A stretch of DNA of 64,000 nucleotides from Scyliorhinus canicula (GCF_902713615.1 NC_052147.1:113859359-113923358); one strand, 5' to 3'. Shown: positions 48,506 to 61,990, counted from the first letter of the stretch. Translations and numbers: made by a program. Notes: generated from the letters alone by a model not told the origin.

Positions 48506-50956
48506 CCTGGCATCACTTCTTAACTGGCTGCCAAAAGGTACTGGAGAGATTGGATTGAAATGTTATAGTGCTTACAGTTAATGGTCCAGGATCCATGTTC
48601 AGACAGATTTCTTTACGTGTAAAGCTGCAGAATCCATTTTCTATTGATCAACGTGCCAATTTAAGTTGCACTGCACAACTCCAGTTGCACCTGAAAGCTG
48701 GCTGGCTGAAGGGTACCTTTCATTTTTCACTTGGTGCAGCTGATTTCCCCAGCACACGACTGTGATATGATGGGCTATCAGAGGGGTTCTGAGACCATTC
48801 TACTATCACGGAACTCCTCGCTTTCGCCATTTTGACAACTAACCCTGACAGCTGACTCATGTAATTGTCAGCGGTGTAACATTTACCCCATGTGCACCAG
48901 TGAGGGATGTGTCCAGGAAACGTCCCATTAACACACCACTAGCTTTCTGCACCATGGAGTCAATGGTGAAAAGCGGAAAGTTTGTGGAGTGGATTAGGAG
49001 GAAACTTTGCCAAAACTTTGCAAAAAACTTACAAGCACTCAGTTCCCTCGCCACCCCCTGCCATGAGTCACTTGGCTGGAAAATGGCATTCCAGTGCCAT
49101 TAAATTATCATAAGTGGCGCGGAGATTAATTGCGAATTCCCATTGTGAAATAGAAGTAGAGTGTTCGCACAACAGAGGTGAGGAGATGAGGAGGCAAGAG
49201 AGTGTGTCCGAGCAAGAGTGTTTCAGGAAGTATGGTGGTGGTGAGGTGGGGGGTGGTCTTTAGAGGGCAGTGCCTGTATGAGGTTATGTGGGGTGAGGGT
49301 AAACTCCTACAAATGTTGAGCAATTTAGAATGAGGGAGAATGTTATCGTGTGGTTCAGGATGGAAAATATAGCAATGCTGAACGACTAAGGGTTGCAGGA
49401 TATTTTGCTGGCTGGAGTTTAGTTTGTTATTGAACTACTATAGATGCTATGAATGGAAAGGTCAGATTCTCTGCTTCATCAGGGTAAAGGCAGGATGGTA
49501 TTTTCAGTCTTTCTCGTCATCCGCTTGGATGCAGCGTCATTGCATTTGGAAATATCACAGTTCAAAGCTCAAAGCTACAAGGGGCATTTTTGGTTGCTGG
49601 CAAACGCTACGCAATTGATAAGCTTCATCAGAAAATCTGCATTCTAATGTGGTTAGCTAAATAAAAACTCCCCTGAGGGAAGTGTTAGAACTTACTTTAA
49701 ATAACCAAGAGCAGAGGTTTTTCAGTGAAATGAAAGGAGCCGGGTGTTAACTGCAGACACAGTGCAGCACTTAATTACATTTTGCTGAAGCACTGGATAG
49801 ATAAAAGACACAAATTTAATAAGTTGTGGGATTTGATTCTGTCTGCAGTCAATTTCAAAAGATTTCTCGACTTGCAATCTTTCGCAGTGGCAAAAGTAGC
49901 AGCACAAGAAGTCCCAGACCTGGTATCTCTTCTCCGTATGAATGTTCAAAACAAAAAAGGGCTTCATCTTACTTGCATTCATGTCATATCTTTAAGACAG
50001 AAAAATATCCTTCATCGCATGGCGGAAGTTTAATCAAAAGGAAAATCTATGGCCAGCCAAAGAATAAGATAGCAGGAGGGGTGGCCCAATTGCTTGATCA
50101 AAGAGGTTGGTTTTAATGGATGGGTGGAAGGTTGAGGGATATTGAGAGGGAATTTAATTGATTTAACCAATGTCTGTATTAAAAGAAGGATGCTTTCACA
50201 GTTCCATCTATTTATTCTCCTGAATATCACTTTATGGTATTAGCAAGGCAGGGAGCTGAGGGAATTTAATGGCAAGCAACCTATCCATTGTCGTGGAGCA
50301 TATAAGTAACAAGAACAGTGTGAAATAAATCTGTTTGCACATTTAAATCGCAATGTGTTGCAATGATTCTCCATTATTTCATGCTTGCAAATTGTACACC
50401 TGTTGGGAAGATTTTTGGATTCAGAATTAACAGGTCCTGTGCTGTGTTTTTTGACTTTCAGAACAGATGTGGTGTCTATTGCTAAGATTAATCGCAGCAA
50501 GACCGTTTTTAAGCCAACATCCATATTTTGGGAACTCCCATTTGATCTTCAGCAGTCAGGTGAGGTTGCAGCCAGTGTTTCCTCCTCAAACAGCCTGGGT
50601 GTTACTTGGGAATGTGACTATGATTCACTTGTTTTGCACATGCAGGAGCCTATAAGCAGCAATGAGATCAGTGTCGAGTTGATCTGTTTCTCTGGTGTTG
50701 ATTAAATGGGGAATCTTGGCTGCAATCAAACACTACTCCCAATAGTGTCAGAATATCCTTCGGATGGAGTTGAATTCCTTCCCCCCATGGTGATTTTGGA
50801 GGTGGGAGGCATTTAATCACATGGGAGGGTGGGGGCATTTAATCATGTGACCGCACCCCCTCCCCACATCTGCCCTGATTAAATCTGTGGTGGAAAGACC
50901 TATGGGCAGCCTTCTTGCCCGTCTGGCAATTGAGGTTATTAAGTGAGCAATTAAGG

Positions 50957-53900
50957 GGACCTCCGGTGGCGACCATGGTGTGAGTGGTTGCGCATTTGGC
51001 AGCTCCCGCTCGGGGCTGGTTTTTTTTGGAACTTTTCCCAGTTTTTTGGGTGGATGTTTTGCGGAAAAAGGTGTAGGGGTGACTGGAGGAAAGTTTGACT
51101 CCACTGGTGGGGTTTGGGGATAGATCCACGGACCAGAAGTGGGTCGAGAAGAAGGGAGCAGTTGGAGCAACAGAATCTTTGTGCACTACAGGTCAAGATG
51201 ACAAAGGGTCTACCTTGCCTGCCCAATGGTCGACGGACCAACTGTGGACTTTTTAACTGAAAAGTTTAGGCGACAGAGGAGGAAGGCCCCGGAGGACCTA
51301 GCCAAGGCAGTGGAGCTGTTAAAAGTGGGAATTGACCAGGTGGAGTAGAGGCTGGAGTCCCAGGGCCATGTCGGAAAGTGGAGGAGGCGGTGGGGGAGCA
51401 CAAGGAACAGCTTGCCTTATTGGCGGCCGAGATAGGTGCGATGCAGCAGACTCAGCAGTGGTTAAAGGAGAAGGTGGAGGACTTTGAGAACCACTCCCGG
51501 CGGCAGAACCTAAGAATCGCTGGGATACCTGAAGGCATCGAGGGGGCGGACGTTGGCATGTATGTGGCCAAGATGTTGGAGAAGTTTACAGGGGAGGACA
51601 GGTTGACCGGTCCCTGGAGGGCGCTGATGAGGAAGCCACATGCAAATGTGCTATCAAGGGCGATGGTGGTGCATCTTCGCCGGTTTCTGGGCAAGAAGAA
51701 AATACTGAGATGGGTGAGGCAGATGAGGAGATACACGTGGAAGGGGAGTGAGCTTCAGGTATACTAGGACCTGGGCACGGACCTGGCGTAGAGGAGGGCT
51801 GGATTTAATCGGGTGAAGGCCACCCTCTTTAAAAAGGCGGTGAAGTTTGGGATGTTGTACTCGGCTCGCCCCTGGGTGACTTGTAATAGCTTATTTTGGG
51901 ACACCAGAGGAGGCGATGGAGTTTTAAGAGACAATGAACTGACATGAAAAGGAGGAGATTGAACTGTGGAGGAGGTGTGAGGGGATGGGTGCTTATTTTG
52001 TCCATTTTGTCCTGGATCTTTCTTTTTTGTTGGTTGTTGGAGAACGTTTCTCCTTAGAGATGTTTTGTTGCGATTGAGGGTGAGTGCACCTTTTCTTTCT
52101 CTTGTTGCATTGTTGTATGTGAGGTGGGCGAGCGGGGGTGGGGGGGGGGGCGCGGGATGGCAGAAGGCTTTGGCGCCTTGGGCGGGAGCTGCCAGGCTAG
52201 CTGAGCGGGCTAGTTAATGGGAGCGCAGTGGGAGTTAATCGGGTGGTTTATGAAGCAGAGGGGGATGGGGTAATTGTTTTGTTTAAGGGAAGGGAGGGGG
52301 GCTGCTGACAAAGGTGTTGTTGCTGTGGCATGAGTGGGAGTGGTGTCGGTGGACACCTGAGGGTTGCGTGGCACAGACCGGGGGTATGGTTGATCGGCCA
52401 GGGAAGGGGTGTGGGGTGCCATCTGACCAGGTTGGTCACACGGAACGCGAGGGGGCTGAATAAGCCAGTTAAAAGGTTGTGTGTTTACATGCACCTGAGG
52501 AGCTTGAAAGCGGATGTGGCCTTTTTACAAGAAACACATTTGAAGATCAGGGATCAAACAAGGCTAAGGAAAGGGCGGGAAGGGTAAGTCTTCCATTCGG
52601 GATTAGACATGAAGACATGGGGGTGGCGGTGCTGGTGGGCAATATGGTCGCGGATTCGGGGAGGCAGGTTCGTGATGGTGAGTGGGAAGTTGGAGGAGGT
52701 GCCAGTGGTCCTGGTAAATTTTTATGCCCCAAATAGGGACGATGTGTTGTTTGAGGTGAGTGCTGGGAAGATCCTGGAACTGGACTCGCACCCTCGTATT
52801 ATGGGGGTGCTTTAACATGGTCATTGATCCAGGGTTGGACCGGTCGAGCCCAAGGTTGGGGAGGGTGTAGGCGGTGGCGAAAGAGCTGAAGGGGTTAATG
52901 GAGCGCATGGGGGTGTGGACCTCTGGAGGTTTGGGAGGCCGAGGGCGAAGGAGTTTGCGTACTTCTCCCACGTGCACAGGGTGTACTCCCAGATTGTTTT
53001 TTTGTGGTGGATAAGATGTTTTTGGTGGAGGTGGTTGACTCGGGGCATTCGGCAATCGTGGTTTCAGACCACACGCCACATTGGGTGGACCTGCAAGTGG
53101 ACTGGGTGGGGGTAGGGGGGTGGGGGGCAGTGCCCGCAGTGGAGGCTGGACAAAGGTTGTTAGCAGATGAGGAGGTATGTGAGCGGGTGAGGGCCTCCAT
53201 TCGGGGGTATGTGGAACTGAGCGATACAGGTGACTTCTCGGCTGCCACGTTGTGGGAGGCACTCAAGGCAGTGATTAGGGGAGAGTTCATATTGATCCGG
53301 ACACATAGGGAGAAGGGGTAGCGAGCAGAGATGGCAAGGCTGCTGGACGAATTTCTGTGGGTGGATAGGAGATATTCAGAGGCCCCGGAGGCAGGATTGT
53401 TTAAGGAGAGGCAGAAGCTCCATATGGAGTTTGGGCTGCTGTCCACGGGGAAGGCAGTAGGGCAGTTGCGGAGGGTCAGAGGGGCAGTGTATGAGTACGG
53501 GGAGAAGGCTAGTAGGATGGTGGCCCACCAGCTCGGGAAGCAGGAGGCAGCGAGGGAATTAGAAGGGTGAATGATGGTAGGTGTGGTGTGCTTTTGGACC
53601 CGGTGGGGGTGAATGGGGTATTTGAGGAGATTTACAGGGGGCTTTATAAATTGGAGCTCTTGGCTGGGGGGTAGGGAATGTGGGAATTGGAGGGATCATG
53701 GACATTGTGGTGGAATTCGGCCAGTTTTCTGAATGCAAGTTGAACATGGGGAAATCTGAGGTCTTTCCGATCCAGGCGAGGGGGCATAGAGGAGATCGGG
53801 TGAGCTGCCATTTAAGGTAGTGGGGGTGAGTTTCAGGTATCTGGGCATCCGGGTGGCACGGGGATGAAATGAAATGAAATGGGAGCAATTACATGAATTG

Positions 53901-55495
53901 GATTTTGCCCAGTTGGTGCAGCAAATGAAGGGAGATTTTAAGAGGTGGGTCGTGCCCCTGCTGTCATTGGCGGGTGCAGCCCATGAGAATGACAGTACTC
54001 GCGAGGTTTCTTTTTGTGGACGACTTGGAGAACCACTCCCGGCGGCAGAACCTAAGAATCGCTGGGATGCCTGAAGGCATCGAGGGGGCGGACACTGGCA
54101 CGTATGTGGCCAAGATGGGCTGGTTTAGCTCACTAGGGGCTGGTTTAGCTCACTTTGGGGCTGGTTTAGCTCACTCGGCTAAATGGCTGGCTTTTAAAGC
54201 AGACCAAGCAGGCCAGCAGCACGGTTCGATTCCCGTACCAGCCTCCCCGGACAGGCGCCAGAATGTGGCGACTAGGGGCTTTTCACAGTAACTTCATTGA
54301 AGCCTACTCGTGACAATAAGCAATTTTCATTTCATTTCAAGATGTTGGAGAAGTTGACAGGGGAGGGGGCTTTCGACCGGTCCCTGGAGGGTAGATCAAT
54401 ACATTGATCTTGGGATTTGTGTGGGCAGGGAAAGCCTCACAGGTGAAGAAGGTGCTGCTGGAGTGGGAAAGTGAGGGGGAGCAGATTGGCCATGCCAAAT
54501 TTGATAAACTATTAATTGGCAGAAAATAAAGCCATGGTAAGGAAGTGGGTAGAGGGGGAGGGGTTGGTATGGGATCAGTTGAAGGCAGCCTCGTGTAAGG
54601 ACACTAGCTTGGGAGCACTGTTGATAGCGCCTTTGCCGTTCTCGCTAGCTAGGCACTCCACAAGTGGGCATCACAGGTTTGTTCCAGGGAGGTTGGACGT
54701 GGGGTTCTGGGGATGGTGGTAGGAGGGGATTGAACAGTTTGGAGGCCTATTCGTGGTCTCAAGCTTGAAGGTACTGATAGAGGAGAATCAGCCGCCCAGT
54801 GAGAATGGGTTCCGGTGCTTACAGGTGCGAAACTATGTGAGGAAATAGGTGCCGTCCTTTCCTGACCTGCCAGCCCAGGGGTTGCAGAACAAGTTGGTGT
54901 CGAAAGCGGGGGTTGTTGAGGGCAGGTTGTCGGAGATTTACAAAGAATTAGTGGACTGGGAGGGCGCTGTGGTAGGAGAAATTAAGCGGAAGTTGGATGA
55001 AGAGCTGGGGAGGATGTTGGAGGCTGGGTTATGGGAGGAGGCTCTGAGAAGGGTGAACACATCCTCTTCATGCGCTGTGCTTAGCCTCATTCAATTTAAA
55101 GTAGTTCACAGGGCATATATGACGGGGTCAGAATGAGCAGGTTTTTTGAGGGAATGGAGGATAGCTGTGAGCCAGGGGCCCCGCGAACCATGTCCACATG
55201 TTTTGCGCCTGTCTAATGCTGGAGGGATTTTGGTGGGTGTTCACTGACGTGATGTCTGAGGTGCTGAGGATGAAGGTGGTCTTGAGTCCTGAATTGGCAG
55301 TTTATTGAGTGTCAGAAGTCCCGGGAGTCCAACGGGGTGAGAGAGGCCCTTTGTCTCTCTGGTAGCCCGGAGACGGATCCTGTTGGGATGGAGAAACACG
55401 GGGCCGCAGGAACTGGGGGCATGGATGAGCGGCCTGGAATTCCTCAGCTTGGAAAAACATCAAGTTCGCCTTGAGAGGGTAGAGGGTAAGTGGAG
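50957..55495 (+). mobile_element. Old L1 with intact 5' end, RT deleted, 3' end lost
   Basis: 5' GGACCTCCGGTGGCGACCATGG; ORF1 ENHSRRQNLRIAGIPEG; endonuclease NARGLN, FLQETHL, VSDHTPHW; LIQFKVVHRAY. Confidence 0.9.
54118..54337 (+). mobile_element. Short tRNA-derived SINE with triplicated head
   Basis: TSD CAAGATG (54111-54117, 54338-54344); (TTTCA)n tail. Confidence 0.9.
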
Positions 55496-56157
55496 GGGTT
55501 TGAACACCCTCCCTGCTCCCTCACAGCATTCCCACCCTGTCATCTCCCTCCCACCATCACTGACCTGTGACCTGGGTCCTATACTGATCCTGGGCCTCAG
55601 CTGAGTGCAGAGCGGCCAGTAACTATCGCTGCCCTGTTATGTGCCTAATTGGTACCTAATACAGTGGATCCTCCTGAAAAGGGATGACCCGAGGTTCCCA
55701 CCAGCTCTCCAGTTGGTAAGACTATGATCACTTACATTAAATACCATCCATGATACCTTCTCTGTAGGGAGTGACAGATTGCAAAGTCATTTCTAAAAAT
55801 ACAACTTTTAATTTTAAGAAAATCACGTTGTAGAATAAATGACAGTTTTAAACTAAAATGAGGAATCATCACTCACGACTTGGAAGGTCTCAGCACAGTT
55901 GATCTATTTAGGCCGCAGATCAAAATGTTTAGAAAGACCAAGCTTCGATTACAGAGTAGGCTGCATGAAGTGTAAAATTTTTCAAATCCTTATTCGCTGA
56001 CTGAACTATTCAACACGCCTCTAATGCTAATATAGTGGCAAAGTATACTGTAAATCCATCCCTCAAGTTGGGAGCAGCTGGAGCCAAGTCTGTGCAGTCA
56101 CCCCTCTGTTGGTTTGATAAACAGCTTCATGAGACTACATAGCGAGCACTACATAAT

Positions 56158-56449
56158 TGTGGTGAATTATAAACCCAGTAATTCACACTGTGTTGTATCA
56201 TATGTATTGTGTCTTTGTGGGCTCTGTATACGAGCCGTTGCGCGGCTCTGCCCATAGGGGGTGATGAGGAGTTTGTACTGGGCTCCACCCTTGGTTCCGC
56301 CCATGGCTCCTCCCACTAACCGGAAGTATAAAGATCTGCAGCCGTGAGCCTGCTGCCAGTTCATCTCGTCACAGGCAGGCTCAGTTGTAAGACTATTAAA
56401 ACCACTGTTCACTTCCAGCCACGTGTCTTGTGAATTGATGGTCTCATCA
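56158..56449 (+). mobile_element. Solo LTR related in its termini to the Gypsy at 24338-26963
   Basis: TGTGGTGA...AATTGATGGTCTCATCA, TATAAA, ATTAAA, 5-bp TSD ATAAT. Confidence 0.9.
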
Positions 56450-57641
56450 ATAATGAACTAGAGCTTCGAAGGCTGAGAGGAGATCTGATTGAAATGTACA
56501 AAATTCTAACAGGGCTGGTCAGACTTGATGCAGGGAGGATATTTTTCCTGATTGGGTAATCTATACCCAGGGGACACAATCTCAGGGTACAGGTAGACCA
56601 TTTAGGGCTGAGATGAAGAAACATTCCTTCACTCAAAGGGTAGTGAACCAGTCAAATTCTCTGCTACAGAAGGCCGTGGAGACCAAGTCACTCAATGGCA
56701 TTGAGGTGGACGATCAGCCATGATCATATTGAATGATGGAACAGGCTCGAAGGGCCTCCTCCTGCTCCTAGTTTCTCTGAATTGAGTCAAAGCATAACCA
56801 GGTGTTTGCAGTTACCAAATACAGTCCATTTTGAAAAACAAAAATCATGTCATTAAGTCATGGGAAATGGGTGTTGCTGGCTGGTGAAAATGGTTTCTTC
56901 CCCCTCCCCCATCCACTTGAGGAAGGGTACTTTGCTGGCTATGATTTAACTGCTTGAACATTGGAATTTGCACCTTCAGGATAACCTTCCCTTGCAGAGA
57001 GCAAGTTGCATTGAAACATGCTTGTTCTTTTCTTTTTGTGACACAATGCTGCATTTGTGTGAAATAGAGTGTGTGTGTGTGCTTGCATGTGTGTGGATAT
57101 TATGAGCATGGATAGGAAAGTGAGTACACATTGAATTGCGTACAAACCGAGGAAAGCAACTCTATGTACGAAAGAACTCCGCATAGTTTGGCCAGGTCCA
57201 CACACCAACAGGCATCATGTTTGCTGCGGATTGGTCACATGAGCAACCAGTTCAAATCTTGTATATTAAACATTGCAGGCACAAGCTTGCCTTTGCACAG
57301 TTGGCTTTTCTTTAAGATTAGGACGGTTATTAATCAAATGGAGACATTATGAACAGGTTAGTTAACCGGTGGCCAAGGAAGAAATGAAATCAGGATGTGG
57401 AGAAGAATAGGAGCTAATGTAAAACTGGAGCTAATTCAGCAACAGGATCAAAAAGCCCGGCTTACCTTGTAACCAAGGTAAAATGAAAATGCTGTGCCTG
57501 TGAATTTCTTCGTTGGAAATAGTTGGAAAAGGTGAAGTGAGTAGAAAGAAAGTAGACGCTGGTATTGAAAAGCTGGAAAGCTGTGATTAAAAATAGAATG
57601 TGTTTGCAGTAAAGCAAGCAGGCTGTAAGCCTGGGGTGATA

Positions 57642-57988
57642 TAGAATCATTGAATTTACTGTGCAGAAGTAGGCAATTCGGCCCATCAAGTCTGCACCGG
57701 CCCTTGGAAAGAGCACCCTACTTAAGCAGACACCTCCACCCTATCCCAATAACCCAGTAACCCCACCCAACACTAAGGGCAATTTTGGACACTGAGGGCA
57801 ATTTAGCATGGCCAATCCACCAAACCTGCACATCTTTGGACTGTGGGAGGAAACCGGAGCACCCGGAGGAAACCCACGCAGACACAGGGAGATCGTGCAG
57901 ACTCCACACTGACAGTGACCCAAGCTGGGAATCAAACCTGGGACCCTGGAGCTATGAAGTAAAGTGCTAACCACTGTGCTACCATGCC
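57642..57988 (-). mobile_element. HE1-type V-SINE
   Basis: Reverse complement of the 482-841 type. Confidence 0.9.
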
Positions 57989-58469
57989 TGAAACGTGTGC
58001 TAAATAGCCATGTACCAGGAGGTTAAAAATTAAGTCATGCAACATGAAGACAAATCAGTGACGTATAAAAATGATCACAACCTAATGCTTAATTTTGCCT
58101 TGTGACATCTTCTCCAGCCATTATCCCTGAAGGTCTTTCCCAGCTGTATTTTGAATCCCGTATCAAAATTTTCCTCGTTTGAAAATTTGGTTCGATCAAC
58201 CTTTGACCAACAGTCCTTTGAGCGAGTTTACAAATCAGCTGATGGCCCGAGATTTGCAGCATTTAGTATTTCACAGATACCGCAGGGTGTTGTGTATTTG
58301 TGCAGACAGATTGAAGACAAAGACTTCCGCTTACCATACTTTCATAGAACATTTGTAAATTTCCTACAATGTTGCTCTGTGAAGGCTCAGGAAGTCGAGT
58401 TGGTTATTTCTGGAATAATTGCTGCAGTGGCTTGGCCATTGCGATTATGCAGCAAATCAAAGAGATGAA

Positions 58470-59215
58470 AAGACTGGCATTTCTATAGAACCATTTGCAA
58501 CAACAGAGTGACCCAACTGCTTCACAGCTAATCAAATGCTCTTTAATGTAAAGCCTTACTGCTGTAACGTAGGCAATGTACACAGCTGGATCTCAAAAGG
58601 AACAGTGTAGTAGATGAACTGTTTTGGTGGTGATAATTAAGATATCAATATTGGCACCGGGGTAGCTCCCCTGCTGTCTGAACATGTGGTGTCCCTTTAC
58701 GTCCACGTGAGAGAAGCTTGGCCTTTCATCTGAAAGGGAGCACCCCCTCCATATTGCTGAAGTGTTTTGCTCCTAGGGGCAGCACGGTAACATTGTGGAT
58801 AGCACAATTGCTTCACAGCTCCAGGGTCCCAGGTTCAATTCACTGTCTGTGCGGAGTCTGCACATCCTCCCCGTTTGTGCAGAGTTTGTATGCGTGCTTA
58901 CTAATCATGTTATTTGTAACAGTCAGATCAGGGAAACCTGGAGGAAACCTGTGCAGGTTAGGTGGATTGGCCATGATAAATTGCCCTTAGTGTTCAAAGT
59001 TGCCCTTAGTATTGGGTGGGGTTAATGGGTTATGGGGATCGGGTGGAGGTGTTGACCTTGGGTAGGGTGCTCTTTCCAAGAGCCGGTGCAGACTCGATGG
59101 GTTGAATGGCCTCCTTCTGCACTGTAAATTCTATGAAAATTCTATGAAGTCTCCAAGTGGACTTGAACTCACAACCTTCTGAATCTAAGTTCAGTGCATC
59201 CACTAGATCACCATT
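58470..59215 (-). mobile_element. Old Deu-domain SINE split by HE1 (58777-59147)
   Basis: Head complement GTGGACTTGAACTCACAACCTTCTGA at about 59157-59182; CTCCCCTGCT..TTTACGTCCAC segment. Confidence 0.7.
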
Positions 59216-60596
59216 GGCAGCCTCTTCAAAATGTATTACATGGTCATTTTAGGAGGCCATATTGCTCTTTGTACTGAAACCTCAGTGCGACTTAAAGCTG
59301 CATGTCACCTAGGTTATAGCATTAATACTATCAGACTACCGTTGGTTAAGTTGCAGCTCACCTTTTGTTTAAGATCTTATACTCACCTCTGAATTTAAAA
59401 CGTATTGCCATATTGTTCGGCTTTTTGGCGCAATGAGCATAGTTTGGCTGCAGGATGAGATCAGCAATGCATGTGTGCATGCTCCTGGTCATGGCCATGC
59501 TGGAAACAGTTCTTAGTGAGGGCATTAGTATGTGCAAACAGAGCATGTGTTGGGACAGGACAGTGCAGGTAGATTCTGTTCTCCTGCTGGTTTTAATTTC
59601 AGAGTTCAACACTTCAGCTAATGCCCTATCTTAACCTCACACTGCTGAACATTGTAAACCTTCCCATTCTGTAAATTAAACAATGAGTGGTTTGGGTCTG
59701 GAACGCACTGCCTGGAAGTGTGGTACAGGCAGGATCAATCGAGGAATTCAAGAGGGCCTTGGGTGATTATTTAAATAGAAACAATGTACAGGGATATGGG
59801 GAAAAGGCAAGGGAATGGTACAAAGTCACGATGCTCGTTTGGAGAACCAGTGCTGAAATGATGAGCCAAATGGCCTCCTTCTGCACCGTAACAATTCTGT
59901 GATTCTGGAACACGTTCAGCAGCAGGAAGGACCCTTGCCACCAGCACTACTTATAGCTCGGTTACTGATTAATTTCTCGTGTGTGGTGACTTCTAGAGTT
60001 GTATAAATTTGCTCTCTGTTAAAGACTTTGTGCAGAATCCCTGAAGTCAGCACAAACCACATGCTCCCAACTATGGGTATTACAGTGTGCATTCCCCTTG
60101 AACTACAGCATGGCAGATAGAAAGAGCGGAGGGGACACATTTTTACTTCCTATCTGTTGTATATTGACCAGTTCCCGGCTGGTTCATTGGTGGGATGTGG
60201 AGAGAGAGACGTTTGTTATTGAAGATTGGATTCTCCTCACTATTCCTGGTTAAATTGGAAACCCGTACTTAAATTGTGGGACAGCCCTGACAGGAGACTG
60301 AGCAGAAAGCTTGCCAATTACCACTGCTGGGAAGCTTAGCAGGAGTTCTCCTCCATGTATTTGGGACTGGTTCAAATCATGCTTTTTCTTTTGCTTAACC
60401 CGCTACAAGTTATCTGGGCTACAGCGAGAGAGTTGACAAAGACTAAATTGCCAAAAACAACGATTTTAAACATGGATTTTTCACCTGTTTCAGCTGGAGA
60501 TGAGCTCAGCGATGGGTTCAGTCTGTGTCAAACACCAGCTGAATTTTCAAAAACACAACTAAGTAACAATTAAAGCTCTGAATCATTATCATGAAG

Positions 60597-60885
60597 GGTG
60601 GCACAGTAGCACAGTGGTTAGCACTGTTGCGTCACAGTGCCAGGGACCCAGGTACGATTCCCGACTTGGGTCACTGTTTGTGCGGAGTAAGCACATTCTC
60701 CCCGTGTCTGCGTGGGTTTCCTCCACAAGTCCTGAAAGGTGTGCTTGTTAAGTGAATTAGACGTTCTGAATTCACCCTCAGTGTACCCGAACAGGCGCTG
60801 GAGTGTGGCGACTAGAGGATTTTCACAGTAACTTCATTGCAGTGTGAACGTAAGCCTACTTGTGACACTAATAAAGATTATAATT
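60597..60885 (+). mobile_element. V-SINE with HE1-like head and stem-loop tail
   Basis: HE1 head followed by CCGAACAGGCGC..GTGGCGACTAG..TTTTCACAGTAACTTCATTG..CTACTTGTGACA. Confidence 0.88.
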
Positions 60886-60911
60886 GTTATTTTAAGAAGC
60901 ACACTGGTAAC

Positions 60912-61148
60912 TGTATTAACAAGCCTGGTTTAGGGACAGGTTTCGGAGGGTCATATGACCTTTCGGCCAATCGGGTCGAAGAGTGTGAACCCTGGAGTTA
61001 AGCGCAAGTGGGCTCTCCTGGAGAGTCTAGAAATAGGTGTTGAAGTCATCAGGAGCAGCATCATCATTGTCTGTCCATCGTTATGCTGTTAATAAATAGT
61101 TCTTGAGTTACTCTGCTTGATGGCCACCACTCCTTCCAAGATACTACA
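60912..61148 (+). mobile_element. Solo LTR
   Basis: TGTA...TACA ends, AATAAA, 5-bp TSD GTAAC (60907-60911, 61149-61153). Confidence 0.8.
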
Positions 61149-61662
61149 GTAACCAAGCAGATTTGTATGCGTGCTTACTAATCATGTTATTTGTAACAGT
61201 CAGATCAGGGAAACCTGGAGGAAAGGAGAAAAACATTAATTTGAGATTCAATTTGACTCTGAGAACATAAGGCAGACTGTCTTTGGCGGCCAGCATTACT
61301 TTTTGTTTTCTGGCAAGTAAGACTCCATGAGGCAACTCTGCATAGTTGCATGGGATCTGGAACTGCCCAATTTTGCAAAACGTTGAGTTCTGGCTCAGTT
61401 ACAGTGGGAGCTTCCTTTATCTGAGACCCCTGGGCCCATTGAATATCGGATTTCAGATCATTTCAGTTTTTGGATACCGCATATATAAACTTGTATTACA
61501 GTAGCCTGTGCCTCGGCCAACTCTCGTCTAAAGTAAAGAAAATGGCTCGAAAAGTGAGATGTTTCACTGAATAGTAAGTACAAGGTACCTGAAATAAGTT
61601 TCTTTTTGACATGTTCAGCACAAAACTCGCAAAGTAACCAGTGCAGGGAAACAACCTGACTT

Positions 61663-61990
61663 AGAATCATACAATCATACAATCCCGATAGTGCAGAAGG
61701 AGGCCATTTGGCCCATCAAGACTGCACCGGCACTCCGGAACAGTATCCTACCCAGGCCCAATCACTGCCTATTCCCAGAATCCCATCTAACCTTTGGGCA
61801 CAAAAGTGCAGTTTAGCATGGCCAACCAACTGACCTGACGTCTTTGGACTGTGGGAGGAAACCGGAGCACCCGGAAGAAACCCACGCAGGCGCGAGGAGA
61901 ATGTGAGAACTCTTGCAGTCACTTGAGGTCAGAATTTAACCCGGGTCCCTGGCGCTGTGAGGCAGCAGCAGCGTTAACCACCATTCCACA
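61663..61990 (-). mobile_element. HE1-type V-SINE
   Basis: Reverse complement head, central domain and tail. Confidence 0.85.
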
